IMG/VR virus record: IMGVR_UViG_3300033175_000001
Coordinates: 1 to 64,000 of that record
Origin: a virus
Lineage: Duplodnaviria > Caudoviricetes
Strand: one strand, 5' to 3'
DNA: 64,000 nt
Below the pieces are notes generated by a model that made no database searches, was not told where the DNA came from, and saw nothing but the letters and a program-made list of their open reading frames with translations. Made by a program: the position numbers and the translations under genes. This document shows positions 46,915-56,689 of this stretch, in pieces; position 1 is the stretch's first letter, and each line of letters begins with the position of its first letter.

Positions 46915-47052
46915 TCATTTCTCCTCTTTGATTTTATTGATACGCCCGCAATGCGGACACTTAAAGCTCACAGTTCCTTTAGTTTCCGTTATATCGGAAA
47001 CTTCTATTACCCTATTACAAAACTGACACTCCGTATGGATAGTCCTATTCAT
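46915..47052 (-). CDS. 45-aa Com-like zinc-finger protein
   Basis: Manual translation MNRTIHTECQFCNRVIEVSDITETKGTVSFKCPHCGRINKIKEEK. Confidence 0.65.
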   Translation of the reverse strand: MNRTIHTECQFCNRVIEVSDITETKGTVSFKCPHCGRINKIKEEK

Positions 47053-47290
47053 TTAATAACTCCTCAACATATAATAAAGCCTGCTGCTCATCCAACTTTG
47101 GTATATCCACAGATGCTTCAAAACACGTCCGATTTTTCTCGTCTGTTATTACTCTAAAAATAACCTGCTGAAAATTAACTCTGCCACCTGCATCTTTTAC
47201 TTTCCTCTCCAAAATATTAAACAAATCTTTCCTCGCCCATGGAGTATCCTTAAATACTCCTCCATAGATTTGCTTTACTGAAAATATCAA
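47045..47290 (-). CDS. Hypothetical protein
   Basis: ORF track; coupled to the primase stop. Confidence 0.5.
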   Translation of the reverse strand: MIFSVKQIYGGVFKDTPWARKDLFNILERKVKDAGGRVNFQQVIFRVITDEKNRTCFEASVDIPKLDEQQALLYVEELLNE

Positions 47291-48195
47291 ATCTTAATCC
47301 TCGCCTTAATTGCGGCTTCGATTATTTCCTTAGTGCAGGCAGCATCCCCAACATCATTTATATCTTCAGGAAGATTTACCCCTGACAGCCTGACCTTATC
47401 CTTCAGCTTATCGACAATATCATACCTTAATTTAAGGCCAGCCTTATCATTATCTGGAATCGCAATAACATGATACGCATTATCTATAAGCCATTCAGCC
47501 TGGTAGTCAAACAATACACTTCCATTAAGCGCCACCGACTTAAATCCCCACTGCCACATCTTCATGCAATCAACAGGACCCTCTACCAGATAAATGACAT
47601 TCCTTTCCGTATGTTTTATCAGATGCGCTCCAAAGATAAGTTTATCCCTGTTTACTCCCTCCGGCATAAGGCGATACCTATTAGGCCAGTTATCACTCCT
47701 CTCTGCCCACCCTGAAAGCTCTCCTTCAGAATCCAAACAAGGAAAAAATAATATGTCATGCCTTACATTATAGCCAATATTAAATGCCTTGATAGCCTTC
47801 TTTGTAATTCCCCGATCCTTCAACTTCATATACGCATCGTAAGGATTTGCTGAAAGCCAACTCAGCCACGAAGTTCTGATTTCAACAGGAACCGGTTCCG
47901 CTTTCGGAGCCATCCTCTTACGTTTTTTCTTCTTTATCTCTGGCAACTCTGAAACCCATCCCGGAATATCAAAACCGAGTTTCAAATATAAACTTGCCAA
48001 ACCCTTACCACTAAACCCGCACGACCAACAGTTATAAAACTGACTCTGAATATTAAAGCTCCAACTCGGGTTGCGATCATCGTGATTCGGATTCGGGCAA
48101 CAAGCTGTAAGTTCATCCCCATTCAACTTTGCCTTCTGCAACTTCAACTCATTTATAACTCGTTCTACGTCTATTAAAGAATCGCTCATACTCAT
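47287..48195 (-). CDS. dnaG: DNA primase (zinc finger plus TOPRIM)
   Basis: CPNPNHDDRNPS...CWSCG; LVEGPVD; DNDKAG; start reassigned to the ATGA overlap at 48195. Confidence 0.88.
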   Translation of the reverse strand: MSMSDSLIDVERVINELKLQKAKLNGDELTACCPNPNHDDRNPSWSFNIQSQFYNCWSCGFSGKGLASLYLKLGFDIPGWVSELPEIKKKKRKRMAPKAEPVPVEIRTSWLSWLSANPYDAYMKLKDRGITKKAIKAFNIGYNVRHDILFFPCLDSEGELSGWAERSDNWPNRYRLMPEGVNRDKLIFGAHLIKHTERNVIYLVEGPVDCMKMWQWGFKSVALNGSVLFDYQAEWLIDNAYHVIAIPDNDKAGLKLRYDIVDKLKDKVRLSGVNLPEDINDVGDAACTKEIIEAAIKARIKI

Positions 48196-48695
48196 ACTCC
48201 TAAAATATTTTCTATTCGACTTAACTGCTTTATCTGCTTTTCTGAAAGCCATCCTCCACGATTCTTAGCCTGATTGAGAAGAGCCGCTCCGGTGTCCCCG
48301 TAAATAAACTTTTCATCCCAACCTGTAAGCCTGCCCTTTCCGGCATCCATAACAACCATTATCCGCCGCTCAACATCAGACATGGGAGTTGTTACACCAG
48401 GCTCAGCTAAAGAGCCTTCACCTTCATGCTCATCATCCCTTAAAAGCTGCTCTACATATAAAACACTTAAATCGACGTTTCTCATAAGATCGTCGATCCT
48501 CTCTCTATCAATAGCTGATACTTCGCCATGTGAAAGAAGTTTTTTCAACAACTTCGACATGTACTCATCTTCTGCTAAAGAGAGATATTCCGTGAGGAAA
48601 GCCTTACGTTTATTATCAACGTCAGACTCCCTGACAAAAATATTCGTGAATCGATCTTCACCTTTTTTAACCTGTTTTCGTACCATGACTACCAC
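48192..48695 (-). CDS. Hypothetical protein
   Basis: Between helicase and primase; LTGWDEKFI...LSEKQ motif. Confidence 0.55.
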   Translation of the reverse strand: MVVMVRKQVKKGEDRFTNIFVRESDVDNKRKAFLTEYLSLAEDEYMSKLLKKLLSHGEVSAIDRERIDDLMRNVDLSVLYVEQLLRDDEHEGEGSLAEPGVTTPMSDVERRIMVVMDAGKGRLTGWDEKFIYGDTGAALLNQAKNRGGWLSEKQIKQLSRIENILGV

Positions 48696-50066
48696 CTAAA
48701 ATGGAATTTCTTCGTCCTCATCAATAACTGCTTTATCAATGCCGACATTGTAATCTTTACCTTCAGTTAAAGACTCATCCTCGTCCCCAGAGAGTTCATA
48801 AGCCGATGCTGAACGCTCATCTGATACACCTATGGATTCACGCAGCGTCATCGAATTAAAATCCAGCGTAGCCTGAAACTTTATAGGCTCCCCTTCTCTT
48901 AATTTCGTCAGCTTCACCCAAATCCTGTTTGTATAAGCTTCAGCAATGTAATCGTATATCCTGCCAAGCGAAACGATATTATCCGCATTCTGCGCCATAC
49001 CTCCTGAATACGCTATATCATCAACTGATTCATCACCCTTACTACCAGGCTTCGCTGATTTTTTCCAAGCCTGGGTAGTGGCTATAACCGGCACTTGATA
49101 GTTCTCTGCCGTTATTTTTAAACCTCTCGATATATGGTTCAACTGTTCCCACTGAGCCTTTCTCGAATTTGGATCATCATCAACCATAAGATAAATCCCG
49201 TCTATAAATACTATATCAGGCTCATACTCTTCAATCTTTGCCTGGAGAAACAATTCCCCAAAAGAAACGCCGCCTATAATAATACACTCCGGCATACCCT
49301 TTATTAAGTCCATCCGTTGCTTAAATGCCTCGATCTCCTTATCATCCTGGAACTGCCCACTACGAATCTTCTCAAACGCAGTTTTAGCTAAAATACTATC
49401 AAGCCTCCTGGCGACCTGGAACTGCCCCATCTCAACAGTTGCTATGAGAGGGCGATACCCTGCTTCCATGGCAGCTTTAGCCATGTGAAGTAAAGTCCAT
49501 GTTTTATAGCTGCCTAAATACGCCTGAATAATATTAAATTCTCCTCCGTGCCAGCCATAAGTTGCCTGATCAAGTCGCGGCAATCCCGAAGGTATTCCGT
49601 CTACGCCCGGATTATCAATTCTGTACTGATACCGCTCAATACGTTGCTCTACCGTCTTTGCGATATTCATATCTTTTGTTACAAACGTACTATCAACCTT
49701 TTTTACTTCAGAGCGTAAATATGCAATGCCGTCGTCAATTTTATCTGCGGCAAAAAACTCATCTGCCTTATCCATCGCACTCGCCACAATTCGATATCGT
49801 TTATGCTGTGCGATCTCATCCATATAAAAAGCCAAAGGCTCTGGAACATCTATCTGTTCCTTTACCCCGAACTGCTTTTCAAAAGTCTTTCGGGACGGAA
49901 ATGACTTATACTGCTTTTTATGTTTAACTACGAAAGACCAATAATCCGGACTGGTCATAAAATATGATATATCAATTCCCCTGTCACTCAACTGCTTAAA
50001 TGCTGCATCCCTGCTCTTTGCATCCCCTTCCAAAACTTTAAGCATTAAAAATTTCTCTGGATTCAT
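48696..50066 (-). CDS. dnaB: DnaB-like replicative helicase (SF4)
   Basis: GIPSGLPRLD, Walker A variant AYLGSYKT, TVEM, FIDG, VPVIATTQ, QNAD. Confidence 0.88.
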   Translation of the reverse strand: MNPEKFLMLKVLEGDAKSRDAAFKQLSDRGIDISYFMTSPDYWSFVVKHKKQYKSFPSRKTFEKQFGVKEQIDVPEPLAFYMDEIAQHKRYRIVASAMDKADEFFAADKIDDGIAYLRSEVKKVDSTFVTKDMNIAKTVEQRIERYQYRIDNPGVDGIPSGLPRLDQATYGWHGGEFNIIQAYLGSYKTWTLLHMAKAAMEAGYRPLIATVEMGQFQVARRLDSILAKTAFEKIRSGQFQDDKEIEAFKQRMDLIKGMPECIIIGGVSFGELFLQAKIEEYEPDIVFIDGIYLMVDDDPNSRKAQWEQLNHISRGLKITAENYQVPVIATTQAWKKSAKPGSKGDESVDDIAYSGGMAQNADNIVSLGRIYDYIAEAYTNRIWVKLTKLREGEPIKFQATLDFNSMTLRESIGVSDERSASAYELSGDEDESLTEGKDYNVGIDKAVIDEDEEIPF

Positions 50067-50069
50067 ACT

Positions 50070-50498
50070 TTAACCTTTCCTCCTCGCCAAATAAGGAAAA
50101 TCATGAAATATAGAATTATGATCAAAACGATTTACCGCAAGCCAACCCAAAACCTTACCAACATTTGAATCGTCAGTTAATATAATGGTACGGTTAAATA
50201 CCAGGTACTTTCTCAATCGATCAATAGAACATTCAAGAATCTTAACCATATTCAAATCGTAAAAATCCCGAATATCTTCCTCTATCTTCCTACGATTCAA
50301 TTTAAAGAGCTTAGGCTCCCTCCAAACCACAACATTAAAATTCTGCCATAGTTTTTCAAGGAGCCATATTCTCTCAACCTTTACTTCTTTTGAATCGTGC
50401 AAAGAATTAAAATCAACGACGATAGATGGATACTCAACTGAGGAAATATCTACCTCCTCATGTGACCCATTATCCTCAGTCCATAATGATCTTGGCAC
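50070..50498 (-). CDS. Hypothetical protein
   Basis: GTG start with GAGGAG Shine-Dalgarno. Confidence 0.5.
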   Translation of the reverse strand: MPRSLWTEDNGSHEEVDISSVEYPSIVVDFNSLHDSKEVKVERIWLLEKLWQNFNVVVWREPKLFKLNRRKIEEDIRDFYDLNMVKILECSIDRLRKYLVFNRTIILTDDSNVGKVLGWLAVNRFDHNSIFHDFPYLARRKG

Positions 50499-50985
50499 GC
50501 TCTCCCTCCTCTACTTTCGGATACAGCGCAGAGCTTTTATTCTCCTCAACAATCTTATCGTAATCCTTTTGTGTTATGAGTCCTGTATCCACAGCCTTTT
50601 GGACATCCTTAACATCCACTTCAAGGTTAGTCTCCAGAACAAAATACTTATCCAAACTTTCCAGGACTTTCTGCGGAATATTTGAATTCTTTGGACGGAT
50701 GGTATAATAAACCTTACCGACCTCAACATTCTTCTTCTTACACACTTTTTCCAGCTCCTCGATATTGACCTTTCTACGAGCTGTTTTCCTGACCTCAAGA
50801 ATCCTGCCATTACTCGAATGGACTGTAATACCCCGACTATCATATTCATCAATCAGCCGAATACGATGGCCGTCCATCAACTTCTTTGATTCGCTTTCGA
50901 TAACTGCAAGCTCACAGTAATCTTCTACGACCTCATCGAAAGAAAGTTCATTTTCCACGACCTGACCTTTATCGAATGTTCTCAT
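50476..50985 (-). CDS. Hypothetical replication-module protein
   Basis: ATG 50985 with AGGAGG Shine-Dalgarno. Confidence 0.55.
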   Translation of the reverse strand: MRTFDKGQVVENELSFDEVVEDYCELAVIESESKKLMDGHRIRLIDEYDSRGITVHSSNGRILEVRKTARRKVNIEELEKVCKKKNVEVGKVYYTIRPKNSNIPQKVLESLDKYFVLETNLEVDVKDVQKAVDTGLITQKDYDKIVEENKSSALYPKVEEGERAKIIMD

Positions 50986-51221
50986 TGAACACCTCCTATT
51001 ATAATACGACTTCCACAAAATGGAAAATTCGTTTTACGCTCATTAAATAAGCAAACTGATTTACCGAATAATATTTTATACATTTCCCGGGAAGTTCACA
51101 AATAACCTCTTTATCAGTCCTCCCGATAATCTTCCAGACCTCCACCTCACCTGAAACGGCGCTTTAAACGTCGTCCCCGGATTGAGTTGGCATTCAATTA
51201 TAGGATCACATGAAAATCCCA

Positions 51222-51725
51222 TTACAACCTCGCTACAGGATCAAGGTATTCCATTAAACCAAGCTTTTCTAAAATCCACGCTTCTTTTTTGCCCAGACCA
51301 AGAGGATTACCCTCTAAATCAAATAAATCATATTGATTCAAAGTTAAATCCAAACTCCTTGCCTTATTCCTGCAGATAATATTAAACTCCTTAGAACCTG
51401 TCAAAAACAATAGCCCCGCTCCCCATTCTTTTGAACTAAAAAATCTTATATTCACAGGAAAACCGTCCAAATCAAAATCAAGATTTCTTGAACCCATTGC
51501 CCATGGATTCCCTCCAAATTTACCAACATGCCAATGCCACCAACAAACATCCTGGTCAAAAGCTACGATATCAATATCCCCGACAGTTTCTGCTCCTCTT
51601 CTAAAACTGCCAGCTATTTCAAACTTCAGCCCTAAAGATTTAGGCTCTTCCAAAAAGGAAGAGACCCTTTTTAGGGCCTCCTCTCTACCAAATCTTATAT
51701 TATCATTTTTTATCGATTTCTTCAT
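51222..51725 (-). CDS. Minimal family X DNA polymerase (palm and thumb only)
   Basis: IAGSFRRG..TVGDIDIV, LLFLTGSKEFN, LTLNQYDL, EAWILEKLGL. Confidence 0.88.
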   Translation of the reverse strand: MKKSIKNDNIRFGREEALKRVSSFLEEPKSLGLKFEIAGSFRRGAETVGDIDIVAFDQDVCWWHWHVGKFGGNPWAMGSRNLDFDLDGFPVNIRFFSSKEWGAGLLFLTGSKEFNIICRNKARSLDLTLNQYDLFDLEGNPLGLGKKEAWILEKLGLMEYLDPVARL

Positions 51726-51946
51726 TTTGAAAATATCTCCTCTACCATTTTTTCGGCTTTCATATAGGATTCGTAATCCTGCCCGGAAAATCCATTTTCC
51801 AACATTATCTCATCCCTTATACTTTCCATAAATCCATCTATCAAATTCTGGATTTCCTTTGTATATCCCGGATGGATATACTCTACAGCCGTTTTTGCTT
51901 CTTTTAACTTTTTAACTGCCTCAATCAATTTTTCCTTCTGGTTCAT
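51722..51946 (-). CDS. Hypothetical early protein
   Basis: ATG 51946 with TAAGGAG Shine-Dalgarno. Confidence 0.6.
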   Translation of the reverse strand: MNQKEKLIEAVKKLKEAKTAVEYIHPGYTKEIQNLIDGFMESIRDEIMLENGFSGQDYESYMKAEKMVEEIFSK

Positions 51947-51992
51947 TTCTTGGCTCCTTAACTTTTTTTTACTTTTTTTTCTCTGTAAATTA

Positions 51993-52021
51993 AAAGTATA
52001 AAAAGATTTAAAAAAAGTCAA
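51993..52021 (-). promoter_or_regulatory. Sigma70-like promoter TTGACT-N17-TACTTT driving the replication module
   Basis: -35 at 52021-52016 and -10 at 51998-51993; shares a 16-bp core with the promoter at 2428-2443. Confidence 0.6.
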
Positions 52022-52065
52022 GTAAAAAATTTTTTTCTTGCGGTTTTTTTAAAAAAAATGCCGGT

Positions 52066-52413
52066 TTATTCAATGTCGATTTCTGGAAGCTCGTCCTCCT
52101 GCACCTTTAATATATTCTCTCCAGCCTCATAACCTACTTCCAAAAATATAATTAAAGAGTCGTACACCTTCAGCGCATTTAACAACGTAACCAAGTGATC
52201 CAACAATTTAATATGGTTATCGTACACAGCAGGACTGTTAAATTCTTGCGTAAATAATTTTCCCAAACCATACAGAGGGCTATGTTTTACCCCATTCGTA
52301 AACTCAAGACACGACTCAAGCTCTGCTAAAATAGAATTTCGCTCCTTATATAACTTATCGAGTTTATCCTCAATATTCTCTCCTAAATCCGCCAGCCTCT
52401 CTATTCCTGCCAT
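52066..52413 (-). CDS. Hypothetical helical protein
   Basis: ATG 52413 with GAGG; last gene before the AT-rich gap. Confidence 0.5.
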   Translation of the reverse strand: MAGIERLADLGENIEDKLDKLYKERNSILAELESCLEFTNGVKHSPLYGLGKLFTQEFNSPAVYDNHIKLLDHLVTLLNALKVYDSLIIFLEVGYEAGENILKVQEDELPEIDIE

Positions 52414-52420
52414 TTCGCCC

Positions 52421-53530
52421 TCACATATTATTGTATTCAGTTCGCAACTCTGCTCTTCGTGATACCGCATCTGCCCTCGCTGCTTTAGCGTCCCTCAAAC
52501 GTGATTGCAGGTTCTGGATTTCAAGTCTATCTTCTAAAGGCAACGCACCCTGCCGACCGGCCCTGATATTTAAAATCTGTTCGGTAAGCGTTCGTACCTT
52601 CTCGTCCATAGTGGCTACAATAGCCTGCTGCTCACGCCACATATCATACACTTCCCTCTTACGCTGTTCCATTTCAGGATCAATTTCACTCGGGTCTCGC
52701 CGTGCAGCTTGGTAAGGAATCGGCACAACCTTACATCTACAATACGGGTGAGAATTTGGAACTTCGCCTACTCGAAAAATACCTTCTCTATGAACCAAAG
52801 GCAACTCTCGATATGGAACAAAGATAGAAGTAGCAAACATTCTGCAAATCGGGCAGGTCTTCTTATCTCCGACAGCCATCCACTTAACGTACCCTATGCC
52901 TGCTTCCTCTGCCACATACTCTGTAATTTTACGCTGCGACCTTCCTACTTCTGAAGCAATAAGTCTGTCAGTTGACCTGGATAAAGAAAATGAATTATAC
53001 CTCCCTCCATCTTCATAGTACCCTCTTCGAGTACCTTTAAGAGTATCTAAAATTTCTTTCGCTTTCTTCTTTTGGGTAGCCTCATCGCCTACTTTACGAA
53101 TACGGTTAATCCCTCTCGTCAAATCTCTCTCAAATCTATTTACTATCCTGGTAAGCCTTTGCTTCCTGGTCATGCCGAGAAAACTTTCCCGATTATACTT
53201 AGAAACAAATTTATCTTCAAGAGCCCTCGCCTGCGCCGGTGTAAATTTAATTCCTCGTTTAGCCAGCATTTCAGCATGATCCTTTATGGTCTTTTTAACC
53301 ATGGATCGAATATTATCATCAAGGACAGAATTTATATTATCCCTATAAGAACGAACAGCCGAAGTAACTACCTCCCTGATCTTCTTATTCTTGGAGGCAG
53401 TAGTTCGGCTATTTGCAATCGCTACAATACTCTGGACATCTGGAAAATTCCGAATTTCCTGTTTCCTTTTATTCAGAGCCCTTATAACAATCTGATAATT
53501 AAAGTCCCTCTGCTTTTTGGTTATTGCCAT
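52421..53530 (-). CDS. Head morphogenesis protein (Mu gpF/SPP1 gp7-like)
   Basis: WMAVGDKKTCPIC...HPYCRC. Confidence 0.75.
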   Translation of the reverse strand: MAITKKQRDFNYQIVIRALNKRKQEIRNFPDVQSIVAIANSRTTASKNKKIREVVTSAVRSYRDNINSVLDDNIRSMVKKTIKDHAEMLAKRGIKFTPAQARALEDKFVSKYNRESFLGMTRKQRLTRIVNRFERDLTRGINRIRKVGDEATQKKKAKEILDTLKGTRRGYYEDGGRYNSFSLSRSTDRLIASEVGRSQRKITEYVAEEAGIGYVKWMAVGDKKTCPICRMFATSIFVPYRELPLVHREGIFRVGEVPNSHPYCRCKVVPIPYQAARRDPSEIDPEMEQRKREVYDMWREQQAIVATMDEKVRTLTEQILNIRAGRQGALPLEDRLEIQNLQSRLRDAKAARADAVSRRAELRTEYNNM

Positions 53531-53533
53531 TCA

Positions 53534-55420
53534 TTACTTCCCCGGAGGGCTAAAAGTCCTCTTCTTCGCTATAGGCTGAGTCTGCTTTGTAGGAACTCCC
53601 TGAACCAATCCGGCCTCACCCTGCTCTGAAGCCTTATATGCCCGATACTCTTCCATCTCAAGATCAACCGGCTTCTCTGCAACCCTCTCAGACTCCTCAT
53701 CAGCCGGCAATTCTTCCGGTAACTCCTCTCCCATTAAAACGCCAGAACCTTCTTCTGCAGCAAAACCTTCTCCGACCATTTCCCTCATGTTATCAGCAGT
53801 AAACTCTCCCATGGACTCCACTTCAAACATTTTATCTTCTTCAATCTCTTTGAATTTAGCGTCTATATCCTTAATACCTCGACGACGCATTGCTCCTTTT
53901 TTCGACTCAATGCCCATCTCCATCTCCATCTGAAGTTCCTGAAGTTCCTGCATTGAATCCCTCGGAAGATATTCAGCCCACTTTATTTCAACTTTATAGT
54001 AAGGATTAAATGAAAGCTCCTGATACAATTTATAGACCATATCATCTTCCTGCGCCATTAAATCATCTTCCTGAGTATCAGTACTCTCCGCAACCTCCAC
54101 CTCTTGAGTAATCCTTATTTCTTCGAGCTGATCCCGCACATTAACATACCTGTCAACTCTATCCTGAAGATTAAGATTGAGATTAGTGTCAAGCATCTTC
54201 AAAGCATATTCGTATATCTGAACAAACCCGGCCTCATAACTTAAACGTTTCCTCCTGGTTAATCCTATCAATGGTAAATACTGTACCTGCAATGCTATAC
54301 CAGTAGCATTTGAAATATTCTGAAAAAGCCCACTCGATGCTTCCGGTATACCACTCGTCAGATAAGCAAAATCCTGAAGCTGTTCCATCAGATCCTTTAC
54401 AGCCGGAAAATTCTGCTGCCCGCCAAGCTGATCCACCTTTGCGTCCTTTGGAAACCCACTCCAAATCTTATTCGGTCCCCTGCGAAGATTCCCTATTTTT
54501 GCTCCGAAAATCAATGTTATAGGACTACCATGATATTTCACAGAATCAAGATATTGCGAAGCCGCCTCATTAAGATTCAGGTTAAGATCAACAATGTCTA
54601 CCAGATCACTTCTCCCATAAGTTTCCAGAGGAACTACCTGATTCCTAAAATGCACGACCGGAATAAAGCCCAAATCATTATCCGCCTCTTCTATAAGCTC
54701 CTGTTCAATATTATCAGCCGATATAGACTCTACCGTTTTGAACTTAAAAAGCTGCTTAAATAGTTTCTCCGGCTTCCACGAAGAATCTTCATTCTCATCA
54801 TCTTTCAGATACTCAACAAAAAGCTCTCGCTTTTCCTCCGTCCATACCTCTTTAAAAAGAACGTCCCTGACCGTACCATCCGGCCATGTGTACTCTCCTT
54901 CCCACACTATAACTGCTTGCTGAAGAACAGTCCTGTTCCTTTCAGACTTTCTGTACCGCACAAAGGTCTTTTCTGAATCCAATAACTGAAACCGCGGACT
55001 CTGTATATCCTCATCCCAGATAACTTTCACAAAAGAATCCCCACATACACTTGCGTTCGTAACTACTTCAAGAGCAAATAATTCAATACCTGATTTCTTG
55101 TTGATATAAGCTATCACCGGAGCCATCAGCTTTGAATACGCATCTGGAGCATAGACAGTAAAAGGTTTGCCGACAAGAAAATCAGCACTCCTATCTACAA
55201 AAGCCTTTGCCAGATTTATCTTTACATCCTTTGGATTCTTCATCCTCGGATCAATATGAATCATATCATTCCGATAAGACTCCCAAAATTTTCTATAAAG
55301 AGTTATTCTATAAAACTCCCGGATAAAATCTGGGTCATCTTTGAACAACTCCAAATCAACATCCATCTTATTCAAATAAAGACTTACCTTATCATATAAA
55401 TCCAAATAAAAATTTCCCAT
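53534..55420 (-). CDS. Portal protein (SPP1 gp6-like)
   Basis: NLAKAFVDRSADFLVGKP, GDSFVKV, PVVHFRN..YGRSDL, SGIP, ATGIAL. Confidence 0.88.
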   Translation of the reverse strand: MGNFYLDLYDKVSLYLNKMDVDLELFKDDPDFIREFYRITLYRKFWESYRNDMIHIDPRMKNPKDVKINLAKAFVDRSADFLVGKPFTVYAPDAYSKLMAPVIAYINKKSGIELFALEVVTNASVCGDSFVKVIWDEDIQSPRFQLLDSEKTFVRYRKSERNRTVLQQAVIVWEGEYTWPDGTVRDVLFKEVWTEEKRELFVEYLKDDENEDSSWKPEKLFKQLFKFKTVESISADNIEQELIEEADNDLGFIPVVHFRNQVVPLETYGRSDLVDIVDLNLNLNEAASQYLDSVKYHGSPITLIFGAKIGNLRRGPNKIWSGFPKDAKVDQLGGQQNFPAVKDLMEQLQDFAYLTSGIPEASSGLFQNISNATGIALQVQYLPLIGLTRRKRLSYEAGFVQIYEYALKMLDTNLNLNLQDRVDRYVNVRDQLEEIRITQEVEVAESTDTQEDDLMAQEDDMVYKLYQELSFNPYYKVEIKWAEYLPRDSMQELQELQMEMEMGIESKKGAMRRRGIKDIDAKFKEIEEDKMFEVESMGEFTADNMREMVGEGFAAEEGSGVLMGEELPEELPADEESERVAEKPVDLEMEEYRAYKASEQGEAGLVQGVPTKQTQPIAKKRTFSPPGK

Positions 55421-55431
55421 GGCCGCCTCCG

Positions 55432-55926
55432 TTAAACAAAATACACTCCGTAAATGAATCCCTTATGAATACATTTACTTGCAAAATCCATAATCTCACT
55501 ATGCTCCCAAAAAGAAACACGTTCCGTAAACACGTTCCCGAACTGCGGCCCCTGAGATATAGGTTTCAAAGGTAAACACATAAGCAAACGTCCCTTCAAA
55601 GAATTTATTATCCGCATTGCTTCGTCTTTCTTCATTTTATCAAATACATTAAATCCTAAATACAAATCATAAGGCTCACACCAAAAATCAAATTTTCTTG
55701 CGTCACCCAACATTATATTACGATAAACCGGAAGACCAAAAATGGCTCTCTTATAAGCCTTCTCTATGCTACGCTCATCTATATCCACCGCATCAATAAC
55801 AACACTGGGCAAAAGCTCTTTTATGAACTCGCCCAGTGCTCCCCAACCACAACCTATATCCAAGATAATCCGGGGCTGATCACCCTTTAAAAAATCAGCA
55901 GTAGACTTTAAATACTTCCTATCCAT
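55432..55926 (-). CDS. Class I SAM-dependent methyltransferase
   Basis: ILDIGCGWG, DAVDID, GDAR. Confidence 0.8.
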   Translation of the reverse strand: MDRKYLKSTADFLKGDQPRIILDIGCGWGALGEFIKELLPSVVIDAVDIDERSIEKAYKRAIFGLPVYRNIMLGDARKFDFWCEPYDLYLGFNVFDKMKKDEAMRIINSLKGRLLMCLPLKPISQGPQFGNVFTERVSFWEHSEIMDFASKCIHKGFIYGVYFV

Positions 55927-56689
55927 GCGCTTCAGCTTCTAATCGACAAATTGCCAGAAGCCTTTCAGCGGCACTTGGACCAAGAACCTTTGAAACAATT
56001 TTAGCTTCATCTCCGTAAAAAGAGAAGTTGAACCTGAAAATATTCATTGCCTCTCTTTTTAACGTAGCCATCTCTTCCTGAGACTTTGCCTTCTTTATAA
56101 GCTCTTCCTGTTTCCTGACCGCATCGGACGCTGCCTCGCTACCCACAAAAACCTGTGACCGATCAACAGAATTTCCATTTGAATCTTTCAGGATTTCAAA
56201 CTGCTCATTGAACTCCTCATTAGCAAGAAGCTGAGGATCATTTATTTCATTCAATAACTTGCTCATTTCCACATCATCGAGCATTAAAGAATCCTGCGCT
56301 TCATCAAGAGCTCCCATCTTAACAAGATCACGAAGAACTGCAGCAGCCAGCTCTGCATCTTCTTCTCCGCGCGCCCTGTTATGCCGGAGAGTAGCAATCT
56401 TCATCTGCTCATCCGTCATCTCAACAAGGACACACGGAATTTCAGTGAACCCTACCGACTGAGCAGCTCGCCATCTATGCTCACCATCAACTATAACCAT
56501 ATCCTGCTTTCTTACCAGAGCTGGAGTAGTAAATCCATCCTCTTCAATAGACCTGCACAAAAGCTCAAACTCATGTTCAGACTGCCTATTCGGATTATAA
56601 GCATTCGGCTTAATATCGTTAACATTGATGTATACAACATCAAGATTCTCTAAAACCACATTGTTCTTTGCTATTTCTTTCTTAGCCAT
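55919..56689 (-). CDS. ParB/Srx-like protein (YbdM/IbrB-like), copy 2
   Basis: YNPNRQ, EDGFTTP, IVDGEHRWRA, TLRHNRARG. Confidence 0.85.
   Translation of the reverse strand: MAKKEIAKNNVVLENLDVVYINVNDIKPNAYNPNRQSEHEFELLCRSIEEDGFTTPALVRKQDMVIVDGEHRWRAAQSVGFTEIPCVLVEMTDEQMKIATLRHNRARGEEDAELAAAVLRDLVKMGALDEAQDSLMLDDVEMSKLLNEINDPQLLANEEFNEQFEILKDSNGNSVDRSQVFVGSEAASDAVRKQEELIKKAKSQEEMATLKREAMNIFRFNFSFYGDEAKIVSKVLGPSAAERLLAICRLEAEAHG

Noticed and set aside
51020-51222. Two possible about 48-aa ORFs between PolX and the next gene
   Set aside because: Competing frames, no motif and weak start signals; cannot choose one
52041-52063. T7-A8 palindrome as a terminator
   Set aside because: Stem is almost all A/U with mismatched GC flanks and no distinct U-tail
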